DNA from: Thermoanaerobaculia bacterium
GTDB lineage: Bacteria > Acidobacteriota > Thermoanaerobaculia > Gp7-AA8
Length of the DNA: 54,436 nt
Direction: 5' to 3'
NCBI GenBank assembly: GCA_041750915.1
Contig: JBGSYJ010000290.1
Coordinates: 1-54,436 of the forward strand
Part shown: positions 29,244 to 37,575 of the stretch, in pieces
How positions within the stretch are numbered: position 1 is the stretch's first letter
Layout of the letters: every line of letters starts with the position of its first letter
Translations under genes and position numbers: made by a program
Notes under the pieces: model-generated
What the model was told of the DNA's origin: nothing
Database searches by the model: none
The model's input: the letters and a program-made list of their open reading frames with translations, nothing else

Positions 29244-30245
29244 TCAGCGCCAGCGGAAGTCGACGACCACGGGCCGGTGTGAAGATAGCGCGACAGAAAG
29301 ATCCGGCGAGATTCCGAGCGATTCGAGCAGGACCGGGTCGAGGACTTCCGCGTCGAACACCTGCGCCTGCAACACGACGAGTCCGTCCGAGTGCAACAGG
29401 TAGTCGAGCCGGCTCGAGGGATACGGAGTGCCGCGTCCGTCCCAGGTCCAGATCGCATCGCTGCCCCGATGCCTGGCTTCGACAACGGCGAGCGAGAACC
29501 GCTGCGTCGCGCCGCGCTGCATGATGGTGATCGGCGCGTCGCCGCCCGCAGTATTGAAGTCACCGCCGCTCAGAACTGCATCCACATTCCACTCACTTGC
29601 GGTGACGTCGATTGCATCGCGGATCGCGCGCGACTCGAACTGCCTGCGGTCCTCTGCGGGACTGTTCGCGCCATCACCACAGCATTGCAGATCAAGGCCG
29701 ACCACCAGCAGTCGCCGGCCGTTCAGTTCGATGACGCCAGCCACGACGGCGACTCCAGATTCGAGTTCCTCGCGCGCGCGCTGCCGGCGATCGGGGGGCA
29801 CCGACGTTAACCAGCTTTCAATGCGCTCAGGCGGATATCCGAAACGATCGAATTCTGGAATGCGCGTCATCGGTACACGCGCAGCGATCGATGCTCGCTG
29901 GTTCGGTCCACCGCCCGTGCCGTAGAGCACCTGCCACCGATCTCCATCCGCTGGCAGGCCGGCTGCGATGGCAGCGGCGGTGAGGCCGGGCGCCATTTCA
30001 TCGAGAATGAGCAGATCCGCATCCGCTGCGCGCAGCACCTGCTGGAACCCGGCGTTCCTCTCGAGAAACGCGCGATCGATGTTCCATACGAGAACCCGCA
30101 GCGTAGTGCCGGGATGTCGCGCGAGCCATTCACGATCTGCCGGCGCACCGTCCGTAATGGTGATGCACGACGTGCACAGCAGGGCCAGCGCAATCGCGAG
30201 AGCCGAAAGATGACGCAGCGGAGAGAATCGGGACGTGCTCCACAT
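29244..30245 (-). CDS. Endonuclease/exonuclease/phosphatase (EEP) family lipoprotein
   Basis: VWNI, LDE, GGDFN, RLDYLL and SSHRPV motifs; start uncertain. Confidence 0.85.
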   Translation of the reverse strand: MWSTSRFSPLRHLSALAIALALLCTSCITITDGAPADREWLARHPGTTLRVLVWNIDRAFLERNAGFQQVLRAADADLLILDEMAPGLTAAAIAAGLPADGDRWQVLYGTGGGPNQRASIAARVPMTRIPEFDRFGYPPERIESWLTSVPPDRRQRAREELESGVAVVAGVIELNGRRLLVVGLDLQCCGDGANSPAEDRRQFESRAIRDAIDVTASEWNVDAVLSGGDFNTAGGDAPITIMQRGATQRFSLAVVEARHRGSDAIWTWDGRGTPYPSSRLDYLLHSDGLVVLQAQVFDAEVLDPVLLESLGISPDLSVALSSHRPVVVDFRWR

Positions 30246-30332
30246 CGAGTGAACTGCTGTCTGTTGTTCCACCGCCGCACAGTAGACGAACCCGAGACCC
30301 GCGGCAACACACCTGCGACGCCGCCGCTGGCA

Positions 30333-30467
30333 ATAGCGGGACATTCCGATGTCCCGTATCCGAGGCAGTGAAGCGGTACGACGGTTGGAGCATTCATCCC
30401 GCGCCGATGCCCCATACCGCTGCAGCTCTCACGTTTCCGAAACACGGCGGATCGGAATCCGCTGTCA
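30333..30467. repeat. Family F REPIN-like element, second direct copy
   Basis: TAGCGGGACATTCCGATGTCCCGTA..GGTTGGAGCATTCAT..GGCGGATCGGAATCCGC. Confidence 0.85.
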
Positions 30468-30473
30468 GACGAA

Positions 30474-31868
30474 TCAGCCTGGCTCGACGTTCTGATTGTT
30501 CCGGAACAGATTGGACGGGTCGTACTTCTGTTTGATCTCGGCCAGCCGCGCGTAATTTTCTCCGTACGCGGAGTGCGATCCGTCCGGCTCATCGCCATCC
30601 AATAGATTCACGTAGACGCCCCCAGTTGCATGAGGTGCCATCTCACGGTGAAACGTGCGAGCCCAGTCCATCATCGCATCGTCATCCGCAGGATCCGTCC
30701 ATCCGGGAAAGATGTGAATCGCAAACGGTGCCTTCCTGTGTGGGAACGCGGTGGCCGCTGAATCGACGCGGCCGACCGCCCCTCCCTGCGCGTCGAGATA
30801 CACCATGGTGAATGCGCCGGGAAGCTGTGCAGTGTGAGCCAGAATCGTATCGATCGCCTCATCGGAAACTTCGGCGAGATAGTGGGCCTTCGAGTACCAG
30901 CGGTTTCCGGCGGGCGTGCCGGCGTCGAAAGCCTGCTGAAGTTCGACGTACGGCTGGCGGGCGACTCCGTCGAGTATCGGAGTGCCGAGGCTGCGCAGCG
31001 GCGCGATCGCAGCATCGGCATCGGCCGGGTCTCCGGAGTGAGCGACGACGAGATCGATCGCTACCTGTCCGTGAAACTCCTCAGGGAAAACGTCGATCGG
31101 CGGTATGCGAATAAGAAACGCGTAGCACTGAATCTCGTCCGGCGCTTCCGCCATGAATGTCCGGTAGAAACTCAGCACCTCGGCCGCCTGCTCAAAGGGA
31201 TAGATGATCTGTCCTGCGAGGACTTCCGGACCGACTTCATGGAGTCGGAACTCGAATGAAGTCACGACTCCGAAGTTTCCGCTTCCTCCCCGCAGAGCCC
31301 AGAACAGATCGGAGTTCTCTCTCTCGCTCGCGACCACGAGCTCGCCACCCGCTGTCACCACCTCGGCGGACAGAAGGTTATCGATGGCGAGTCCATGTTT
31401 CCTCACCAGATGCCCGCTTCCCCCTCCGAGGGTGAATCCCGCCACGCCAACGGTGGAGACGGTTCCCCCAGTGGTCGCGAGCCCGAAGACCTGGGTTGCT
31501 TTGTCAACATCCCGCCATCGAGCGCCCGGCTGCACCCTGACGGTTCTGGAGCCGGCATCCACCTCGACGTCTCTCATTGCAGAGACGTCGATTACGAGGC
31601 CGCCATCACAGATCGACCTGCCGGAGTAGTCATGTCCGCCGCTCCTGACCGACACGAGGAGATGATTCTGGCGGGCCATGTTCACAGCGGCGATCACATC
31701 GCGCGAGCCGGTGCAGCGAGCGATGGCCGTTGGCCGCCGGTCGAACCGTCCATTCCAGATTTTTCGCGCCTCGTCGTAGCCGTGACTCACACTGGTTAGC
31801 ACCGCTCCGCGCAGAATCTCGCGAAGAGACATCACCATCGAATCGTCCATCGGGGCTCGATCAGTCAT
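30474..31868 (-). CDS. FAD-binding oxidoreductase (berberine-bridge/6-HDNO-like)
   Basis: RSGGHD, GFTLGGG, LFWALRGG, YVN and KYDPSNLF motifs; AAGGAG RBS before ATG 31868. Confidence 0.93.
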   Translation of the reverse strand: MTDRAPMDDSMVMSLREILRGAVLTSVSHGYDEARKIWNGRFDRRPTAIARCTGSRDVIAAVNMARQNHLLVSVRSGGHDYSGRSICDGGLVIDVSAMRDVEVDAGSRTVRVQPGARWRDVDKATQVFGLATTGGTVSTVGVAGFTLGGGSGHLVRKHGLAIDNLLSAEVVTAGGELVVASERENSDLFWALRGGSGNFGVVTSFEFRLHEVGPEVLAGQIIYPFEQAAEVLSFYRTFMAEAPDEIQCYAFLIRIPPIDVFPEEFHGQVAIDLVVAHSGDPADADAAIAPLRSLGTPILDGVARQPYVELQQAFDAGTPAGNRWYSKAHYLAEVSDEAIDTILAHTAQLPGAFTMVYLDAQGGAVGRVDSAATAFPHRKAPFAIHIFPGWTDPADDDAMMDWARTFHREMAPHATGGVYVNLLDGDEPDGSHSAYGENYARLAEIKQKYDPSNLFRNNQNVEPG

Positions 31869-32082
31869 CAAAACTCTCCTTTCAGCCGCGCCTCCCGCTG
31901 CCAGGCAAATTTTCGTCACCACGTACGCCATTGGGGTCGGACGCGTTTTTCCAAGTGACTTATTTGCTCACGCAGCCGAGCCAGCAGCGCTGCGAAAGAT
32001 TCGTCATGCGCCGCGTGCTTATGTGACCCAACTTACCGCAGATTGCGCGGCATGTGACGCACGCTCCGAGGGTAGAGATTGA

Positions 32083-32301
32083 TCAGGCGTAAAGAAGCCG
32101 GCCTTTCGGCTCCGGAATCTCCCGCCCCAGGTCTCTGGCCGTTTCAATCCATTCTGCGATCACGACGCGCGCGTTTGCCAGGGCTTGCTCGTAGGTGGCG
32201 CCATCCGCGGCGCATCCAGGAAGCTCGGGAACTTCGGCAATGTACGCCTCATCCTCGTCGCTCCAGTACAGAATCACCTCATAACGCGGCTCAGCTTTCA
32301 T
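32083..32301 (-). CDS. hicB: HicB family antitoxin
   Basis: YWSDEDEAYIAEVPELPGCAADG..WIETA..IPEP. Confidence 0.9.
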   Translation of the reverse strand: MKAEPRYEVILYWSDEDEAYIAEVPELPGCAADGATYEQALANARVVIAEWIETARDLGREIPEPKGRLLYA

Positions 32302-32552
32302 CTTCGTCTCTCACCAGTTTATTCGACACGATTACGTTTCCTGTTTCACCTGATAGGCCTTCGCCTTTCCTCCGGCGAGCGGCTGCACGTTCAGAATCTC
32401 AGCACTCCGTCTCTCGTAAAGATGTGGTGACTGCCGCGGATCCTTTCTACGAATCCCAAGGCGCGCAATAGCTCACACAAACCTCCGAACGCAATGTTCG
32501 CATCAGACCTTCCTGAAAGGATCTGCGCCAGCAGTTTGGCCCGAGAGGTCAT
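32291..32552 (-). pseudogene. hicA: HicA toxin pseudogene (two frameshifts)
   Basis: MTSRAKLLAQILSGRSDANIAF..LGFVERIRGSHHIFTRDG / EILNVQP..KAKAYQVKQ / NVIVSNKL lie in three separate frame segments. Confidence 0.85.
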
Positions 32553-32692
32553 GACCTCGAACGATCCACGCCGAGCGTGGAAGGGATCTCGTACCGCTCG
32601 CCCAGGCGGGTGCCGGGGGCGAGAAAGAGGATCGCGGACTGTCGCGGCCCGCTGTCGGGCTCGACGGTCTCGGTCTGCCGACCTTCAGTCAT
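32549..32692 (-). pseudogene. N-terminal remnant of a Ser/Thr kinase (47 aa)
   Basis: MTEGRQTETV..LAPGTRLGERYEIPSTLG breaks off where the Gly-rich loop should begin. Confidence 0.6.
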
Positions 32693-32889
32693 GGTGTTCT
32701 CTGGAAGGTGTGATCTTAGCTCGGAGTGTCTTACTGGCGCAAAAGGGAAGGGTGGTTGAGTGGCACTTGATGCTCAGCGGCCGGATGACAGAAACAGGGT
32801 CTGTGATTTTCTACATTGCGGTGGAGGCGAAAGTAGATCTTGCCAACCTGGCTCCTGCCATTCTCGGCATTTGTACAATGTAGAGAGCA

Positions 32890-33642
32890 ATGGATTTCAT
32901 GCTCGATGATCAATCTCCCGGTTCCTCAGTCAGAGCAAGTTTCGACAACTGGCGCGCGACTAATCGAGGAGAAGGCAGTTGGAACCTTGCCTGGTTCCTC
33001 GCCAATGAGTTCTGCGAACGCTTTTATTCTTCTCATGGCATCGCGCCGCAGGTGATCCACAAAGAGGGCCTGGGATATTACGGAATCGAACTTGCGCGAG
33101 TTGCCTGCCCGGTCAATGGAACTAACGCTTCACCTCTGGGCCGCCTCACGATGTTCGGTAATGTCGAGAACTGGCGCAGCGGCGGCCCCGGTGACCACGG
33201 CCTCGAGACAATCGCTCTGTGCGACGGTGGCGTAAGCACCGACGAGATCGTTGAACGGGCAATCCAACACATGGATCTGCCGCCAGTGCCCGAGAAAACA
33301 CACGCGCGATGCCGCCACAAACGCCGGGGCGCGTCGTACGAATTGATCTTCAGGATTGCCACGATGGTCGCCCTTCCTGGGAATTCGATTGCAATCTGGA
33401 ATCATCCGCAGAGTGTCTATCGACGTATCGCTCAGAAAGATCCGCAGGCCGGCGCTCCGGAGCATCCGGGAGCTTTCGCCTTCGAGAAGGGAGATCGGGA
33501 GTTTCTGGTAGCCGGAGACGGACGCGTGCTTGGAGCGAAGTCGGACAATCTTTGGTTCGAATACATGCGTGGCAAGAGCCTCGGCTCACTTGTTGGGTCT
33601 ATTGAGAAGGCACTTGATGCGCAGGTGACGGGTGATCGATGA
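32890..33642 (+). CDS. Hypothetical protein (loose resemblance to TY-Chap2-type chaperones, unverified)
   Basis: 250-aa ORF, protein-like composition, visibly lower GC; TACAAT upstream. Confidence 0.65.
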   Translation: MDFMLDDQSPGSSVRASFDNWRATNRGEGSWNLAWFLANEFCERFYSSHGIAPQVIHKEGLGYYGIELARVACPVNGTNASPLGRLTMFGNVENWRSGGPGDHGLETIALCDGGVSTDEIVERAIQHMDLPPVPEKTHARCRHKRRGASYELIFRIATMVALPGNSIAIWNHPQSVYRRIAQKDPQAGAPEHPGAFAFEKGDREFLVAGDGRVLGAKSDNLWFEYMRGKSLGSLVGSIEKALDAQVTGDR

Positions 33643-33815
33643 CTTTTGAAGTGACGCTTGCACCTCGTTACGCGCTCACTTACGACTGTCCTCCTGCGGA
33701 TGTCATTCAACTCGTGAAGAAACAGGATGACTTTGCGACGCGTGACAACGTTGAAATTATCGCGCCTGATAGCGTCCTCGATGCCGAGTACTTCACCGAC
33801 TCTGTCGCTCCGTAA
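33639..33815 (+). CDS. 58-aa ORF translationally coupled to the upstream gene (possibly a truncated gene)
   Basis: ATGA overlap; MTFEVTLAPRYALTYDCPPADVIQLVKKQDDFATRDNVEIIAPDSVLDAEYFTDSVAP*. Confidence 0.45.
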   Translation: MTFEVTLAPRYALTYDCPPADVIQLVKKQDDFATRDNVEIIAPDSVLDAEYFTDSVAP

Positions 33816-33893
33816 AACTCGTTGTCTTCGGAGAGAGGGCATGCGTTCGGACCCGCGAAATGAACATTTCATCGTCTGTGATGGGTGCTCAGC

Positions 33894-33957
33894 CTCCAGG
33901 TGTCGTACATCGTTACTGCTCGCGAAGGCAGGGCCTCGGAGGGCCCTGCCACATGGG
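33894..33957. repeat. Family C REPIN-like element, right half
   Basis: TGTCGTACATC..TACTGCTCG..GGCAGGGCCTCGGAGGGCCCTGCCACATGG. Confidence 0.88.
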
Positions 33958-34017
33958 AATTCTTTGTGGGTAATGCCCACTTTACAACATCAGCCACACG
34001 GGCTACATTGAATCTCC

Positions 34018-34323
34018 ATGAAGACATCCTCCCGCTCCACTCCTGCCCTCAAGCTCATCGCACGCGATGTCCGGCCCGACAGCAGGCGTAGGGTTGCACT
34101 CGGTCGCGCTCTCGACGAGCTGGGCGACGCGAGCTTCAATGTCTACCGCGATTCCGACGGGCGCATCATTCTCGATCCGCAGGTCTCGATCCCCGCATCC
34201 GAGGCCTGGCTGTTCAGGAACCGGAAGGCGATTGACTCGATACGGCGCGGCCTCGAGGAAGCAGCCGAAGGGAAGGCGGAGCCAGCCGGTTCGTTCGCGC
34301 GCTTCACCGCCGATGATGAATGA
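34018..34323 (+). CDS. Putative type II antitoxin (AbrB-like N-terminus)
   Basis: DSRRRVALG..GRIILDP..SEAWLF..SIRRGLEEAAEG; ATGA overlap with the toxin-like gene. Confidence 0.7.
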   Translation: MKTSSRSTPALKLIARDVRPDSRRRVALGRALDELGDASFNVYRDSDGRIILDPQVSIPASEAWLFRNRKAIDSIRRGLEEAAEGKAEPAGSFARFTADDE

Positions 34324-34637
34324 ACCGGGAACTGCGGCTCACACCTGAAGCCCGGCGTAATCTCGCGGAGCTGGAAGGCGCCTCGGGGAAACGCGCCGTC
34401 CTCGCACAGGTACGAAAGACTCTCGGTTTCCTCGAAACAAACTTGCGGCATCCGTCGCTGAACACGCATCGATTCCTCTCGCTTCACGGCCCGAACGACG
34501 AGGAGGTTTTCGTCGCCTATGCTCAGAACAAGACCCCGGGTGCGTACCGCGTGTTCTTCTACTACGGACCCGATCGAACCGAAGGGAAGAAGCGGGTCTC
34601 CGTTTTGACGATCATCGCGATCACACCTCATCCATGA
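34320..34637 (+). CDS. Putative RelE/ParE-superfamily toxin
   Basis: LETNLRHPSLNTH..AYRVFFYY..IIAITPHP. Confidence 0.7.
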   Translation: MNRELRLTPEARRNLAELEGASGKRAVLAQVRKTLGFLETNLRHPSLNTHRFLSLHGPNDEEVFVAYAQNKTPGAYRVFFYYGPDRTEGKKRVSVLTIIAITPHP

Positions 34638-34689
34638 TTCCCCTCAAGGATTGATAGCCTCTCCGATCGGACGGACAGATGCGATGTCG

Positions 34690-34839
34690 CCCATGTGGCA
34701 GGGCCTTCCCAGGCCCTGCCTCTTCCGGATCGTGACGATGTACGAGATCTGGAGCGTTGTCCGTGACGGTGCTGGTCCCAGGTGTCGTACGTCTTTACTG
34801 CTCGAAGAGGCAGGGCCTGGGAAGGCCCTGCCACATGGG
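34690..34839. repeat. Family C REPIN-like element, full copy
   Basis: Inverted GTGG-headed REPs CCCATGTGGCAGGGCCTTCCCAGGCCCTGCC around a semi-complementary spacer. Confidence 0.92.
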
Positions 34840-34862
34840 AGCCGCCGGCGCTGTGGACTAGA

Positions 34863-35837
34863 TCATGGCTCCATCGTGATCACCACATTGCCACGCTTCC
34901 GTCCCGTATCGACGTAGCGATGTGCCTCGATGATCTGGTCGAACGGGTAGCGACGATCGATCACCGGCCTGAACTCGCCGGCTTCCGCCAGTTCGGCGAG
35001 GATTCGCAGATCCTCGGGCCGCTCGCTGGCCGGCCCGGCGATGATCTTTCTGCTTCCCCTCATCGACACCAGCGGCGCGCGCAGCGTCTGCGCGAGGTTG
35101 CCGAGGATCACCAGGAGTCGCCCTCCTTCCGCGAGCGAGTTTCTGACCCGGGAGAACGGAGCTGTGCCCGCCACATCGGCGATCACGTCCCACGTTTCGG
35201 CGTCGCGGGTGAAATCTTCTGTTGTGTAGTCGATCACGCGCGACGCACCGACCGATCCCGCCAGTTCGGCGTTTGCGCTGCTGCACACCGCGGTGACCTC
35301 GGCGCCGAAATGTTTTGCCAGCTGCACGGCCGCCGTCCCGACTCCGCCGGACGCGCCATTGATGAGAACGCGTTCGCCACGCTTGAGCTTTGCTCTCCGG
35401 AAGAAGTCGAGGGCCGTCGTTCCGCCGAACGAAATCGCGGCCGCTTCATCGAAGCTCAGGTTGGAAGGCTTGAGCGCGATCGCGCCATCTTCGTGCATGC
35501 ACTTGTATTCGGCATGACACCCCATCTTCGCCCCGGTGAAGATGAAAACGTGATCGCCGGGCTTGAACTTGCGCACGTTTCTGCCCACGGATTCGATTTC
35601 GCCGGAGAGCTCGGTTCCCAGGATCTTCTGCCGCGGTCCGGTGATTCCCAGAGCCAGGCGGGCCAGCAGTTCGAAGCCGACGGGCACATTCATGCTCCGC
35701 ACTCTCCAGTCTCCGGAGGTGACGGTGGTGGCCCGCGTGCGAATCAATACTTCGTTGTCTTGGGGGGTGGGCTTTTCGATGTCGGTCAGCTGCACGACGT
35801 CGGGAGGGCCGTAGTGATGGTAGAGGGCTGCTTTCAT
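34863..35837 (-). CDS. NAD(P)-dependent MDR-family oxidoreductase (quinone reductase/alcohol dehydrogenase-like)
   Basis: YGPPDV, VLINGASGGVGTAAVQLAK, IDYT and PVIDRRYP motifs. Confidence 0.93.
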   Translation of the reverse strand: MKAALYHHYGPPDVVQLTDIEKPTPQDNEVLIRTRATTVTSGDWRVRSMNVPVGFELLARLALGITGPRQKILGTELSGEIESVGRNVRKFKPGDHVFIFTGAKMGCHAEYKCMHEDGAIALKPSNLSFDEAAAISFGGTTALDFFRRAKLKRGERVLINGASGGVGTAAVQLAKHFGAEVTAVCSSANAELAGSVGASRVIDYTTEDFTRDAETWDVIADVAGTAPFSRVRNSLAEGGRLLVILGNLAQTLRAPLVSMRGSRKIIAGPASERPEDLRILAELAEAGEFRPVIDRRYPFDQIIEAHRYVDTGRKRGNVVITMEP

Positions 35838-35956
35838 GGTGTTGCGCATGGTCCGTGTTTACGAGGGTGGCGATTCGAAGGTTTATGCACTTGCTGGATC
35901 GCGAGGAGTTTGTGAAGAGATACGGATTGCTGGAGCATCGTTTGTTTACGGTGGAG

Positions 35957-36000
35957 CTCCAGGTGTCTTACATCTTTACTGCTCGCAAAGCCAGGGCCTC
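35957..36000. repeat. Family C element, degenerate right-half fragment
   Basis: CTCCAGGTGTCTTACATCTTTACTGCTCGCAAAGCCAGGGCCTC. Confidence 0.75.
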
Positions 36001-36043
36001 GTCCCGCAATTAAGGAAGCGAGAGACTGGTAGAATGGGATCCA

Positions 36044-36199
36044 ATGACCGAGATCATATTTCTCGTGGAAGAAGCCGCCGAGGGTGGGTTCACCGCGCGT
36101 GCGCTTGGCGAATCGATCTATACGGAAGGTGATGATGCGGCGGCACTCGAAGAGAATGTTCGCGATGCCGTGCGTTGCCACTTCGACCTTGCGGACTGA
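36044..36199 (+). pseudogene. C-terminally truncated HicB-like antitoxin, no partner toxin
   Basis: MTEIIFLVEEAAEGGFTARALGESIYTEGDD..VRDAVRCHFD; lacks the usual IRLHFV tail; TAGAAT upstream. Confidence 0.7.
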
Positions 36200-36223
36200 C
36201 TCCGCCACCACCCTGTCCCATCA

Positions 36224-36293
36224 GCAATTACGAATGTACCATCGCGTGAGATCCCTCGCCCCTCCCGCCCACCCGCGCTTGCTCGGGATGACA
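36224..36293. repeat. Family B element, right half
   Basis: ATGTACCATCGCGTGAGATCCCTCGCCCCTCCCGCCCACCCGCGCTTGCTCGGGATGACA. Confidence 0.88.
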
Positions 36294-36338
36294 AATCCTG
36301 CCAAAGAAATTGCCCCAGGATTCATTCGGAACTCAGGT

Positions 36339-37109
36339 TCATTCGCGGAAGCGGATGCCGCGGCTTTCGAGCATGGATCGCACATCTCTCGATAGCCTCT
36401 CCGACCGGAACGCAATCCACTCCTTCTGTAGTCCTCGCCGGTGGATCACATCTCGGAAACGGCGGTATCTTCCGCGCCCGTGAAGCGCGTCTTCGAGGTC
36501 TCGCGATGCGGCGGGGCCTGCGTTCCGCGCAAAACGCCGCATGATGTCGTAGTCGTCGATGTCGAGACGGCCGAGAAGCCTCTCCCAGTCAGCGTTGGCT
36601 GCCATCTCGCGCCCCTCCGCCATCGCGTCAAGGCGCCATTGAGGCTCATCAGGGTCGTCTTCATCATCGAGGTCATTCGCGTCGTCATCCGAAATGTATT
36701 CGTGTTCGATCACCCTGACCTCACCGGTGGTCCGGTTTACATAGAGTGAGGAGTCATTGGTGATGGCGTCGATCTCGTTCAGGATTGCTCCGATCGAAAG
36801 TGGCGCTGCGGGGTCATACGCGACGGTCTCGTCCTCGTTCGGTTCGCTTCGCGCAGGCAGGCTATCGCGGACCGCCTGGAGACTTCTGGCGAGATCTGCC
36901 ACCAACTCGCGCGCCGCCTCGCCAACGTCCTCGATGCTGATGAGCCCGCGGGCTACCGCCCCGGAAACGACAAAAGGCAGATCTTGATTTCTGGCCTCGA
37001 GGTAATGAACGTCGCGATCTTCACGACTCATCTCACGATCGAGCTGGTGAGCCCGCTGCGCCGCCTCGCGGAGAGCGCGCTTCTCTGCTTTGGTCAGGTT
37101 GTGGAACAT
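36339..37109 (-). CDS. UPF0158 family protein with N-terminal extension
   Basis: YVNRTTGEV, DYDIMRRF, ALHGRGRYRRFRD..W motifs. Confidence 0.8.
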   Translation of the reverse strand: MFHNLTKAEKRALREAAQRAHQLDREMSREDRDVHYLEARNQDLPFVVSGAVARGLISIEDVGEAARELVADLARSLQAVRDSLPARSEPNEDETVAYDPAAPLSIGAILNEIDAITNDSSLYVNRTTGEVRVIEHEYISDDDANDLDDEDDPDEPQWRLDAMAEGREMAANADWERLLGRLDIDDYDIMRRFARNAGPAASRDLEDALHGRGRYRRFRDVIHRRGLQKEWIAFRSERLSRDVRSMLESRGIRFRE

Positions 37110-37156
37110 CAGTCAAGTCCTCCTCGCGATAATCTCACGGGCACATGCGATGTCGC

Positions 37157-37306
37157 CCATGTGGCTGGGCCCTCCGAGGCCCTGCCTCTTCCGGATCGTG
37201 AAGATGTACGACAATTGGAGCTTTGTCCGTGATGGTGCAAGCGCTCCTTGTGTCGTACATCTTTACTGCTCGAAAAGGCAGGGCCTCGGAGGGCCCTGCC
37301 ACATGG
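37157..37306. repeat. Family C REPIN-like element, full copy
   Basis: Same arms and spacer as 34690..34839, including the upstream ATGCGATGTCGC. Confidence 0.92.
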
Positions 37307-37575
37307 TGTCGTACTTCTTCATTGCCAAAGCAACGGCGGCGACGCCGAGCTCGCTTTGGACAGCGAGAGATTCCGTTATTTCCCGCTCTGCACTGCTCTG
37401 CACGTACAATCTCTCCATCGCGACCAAACGTAGAAAAAGGGCAGCGGCGCTGAGGGGACACGACGGCTGCAACGACCCGAGGTCGGAACGATCGCGGGAG
37501 AGCTTTGCGCGATCGGCCGGCGCGCCACGACGTGGCCTTCCGCGCATTCCGTTTCTCCTCGGGCTTGCCTTCGTG

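Noticed and set aside
37090-37306. N-terminal extension of the diguanylate cyclase ORF
   Set aside because: It reads through a family C repeat and overlaps the divergent gene; the true start is downstream.
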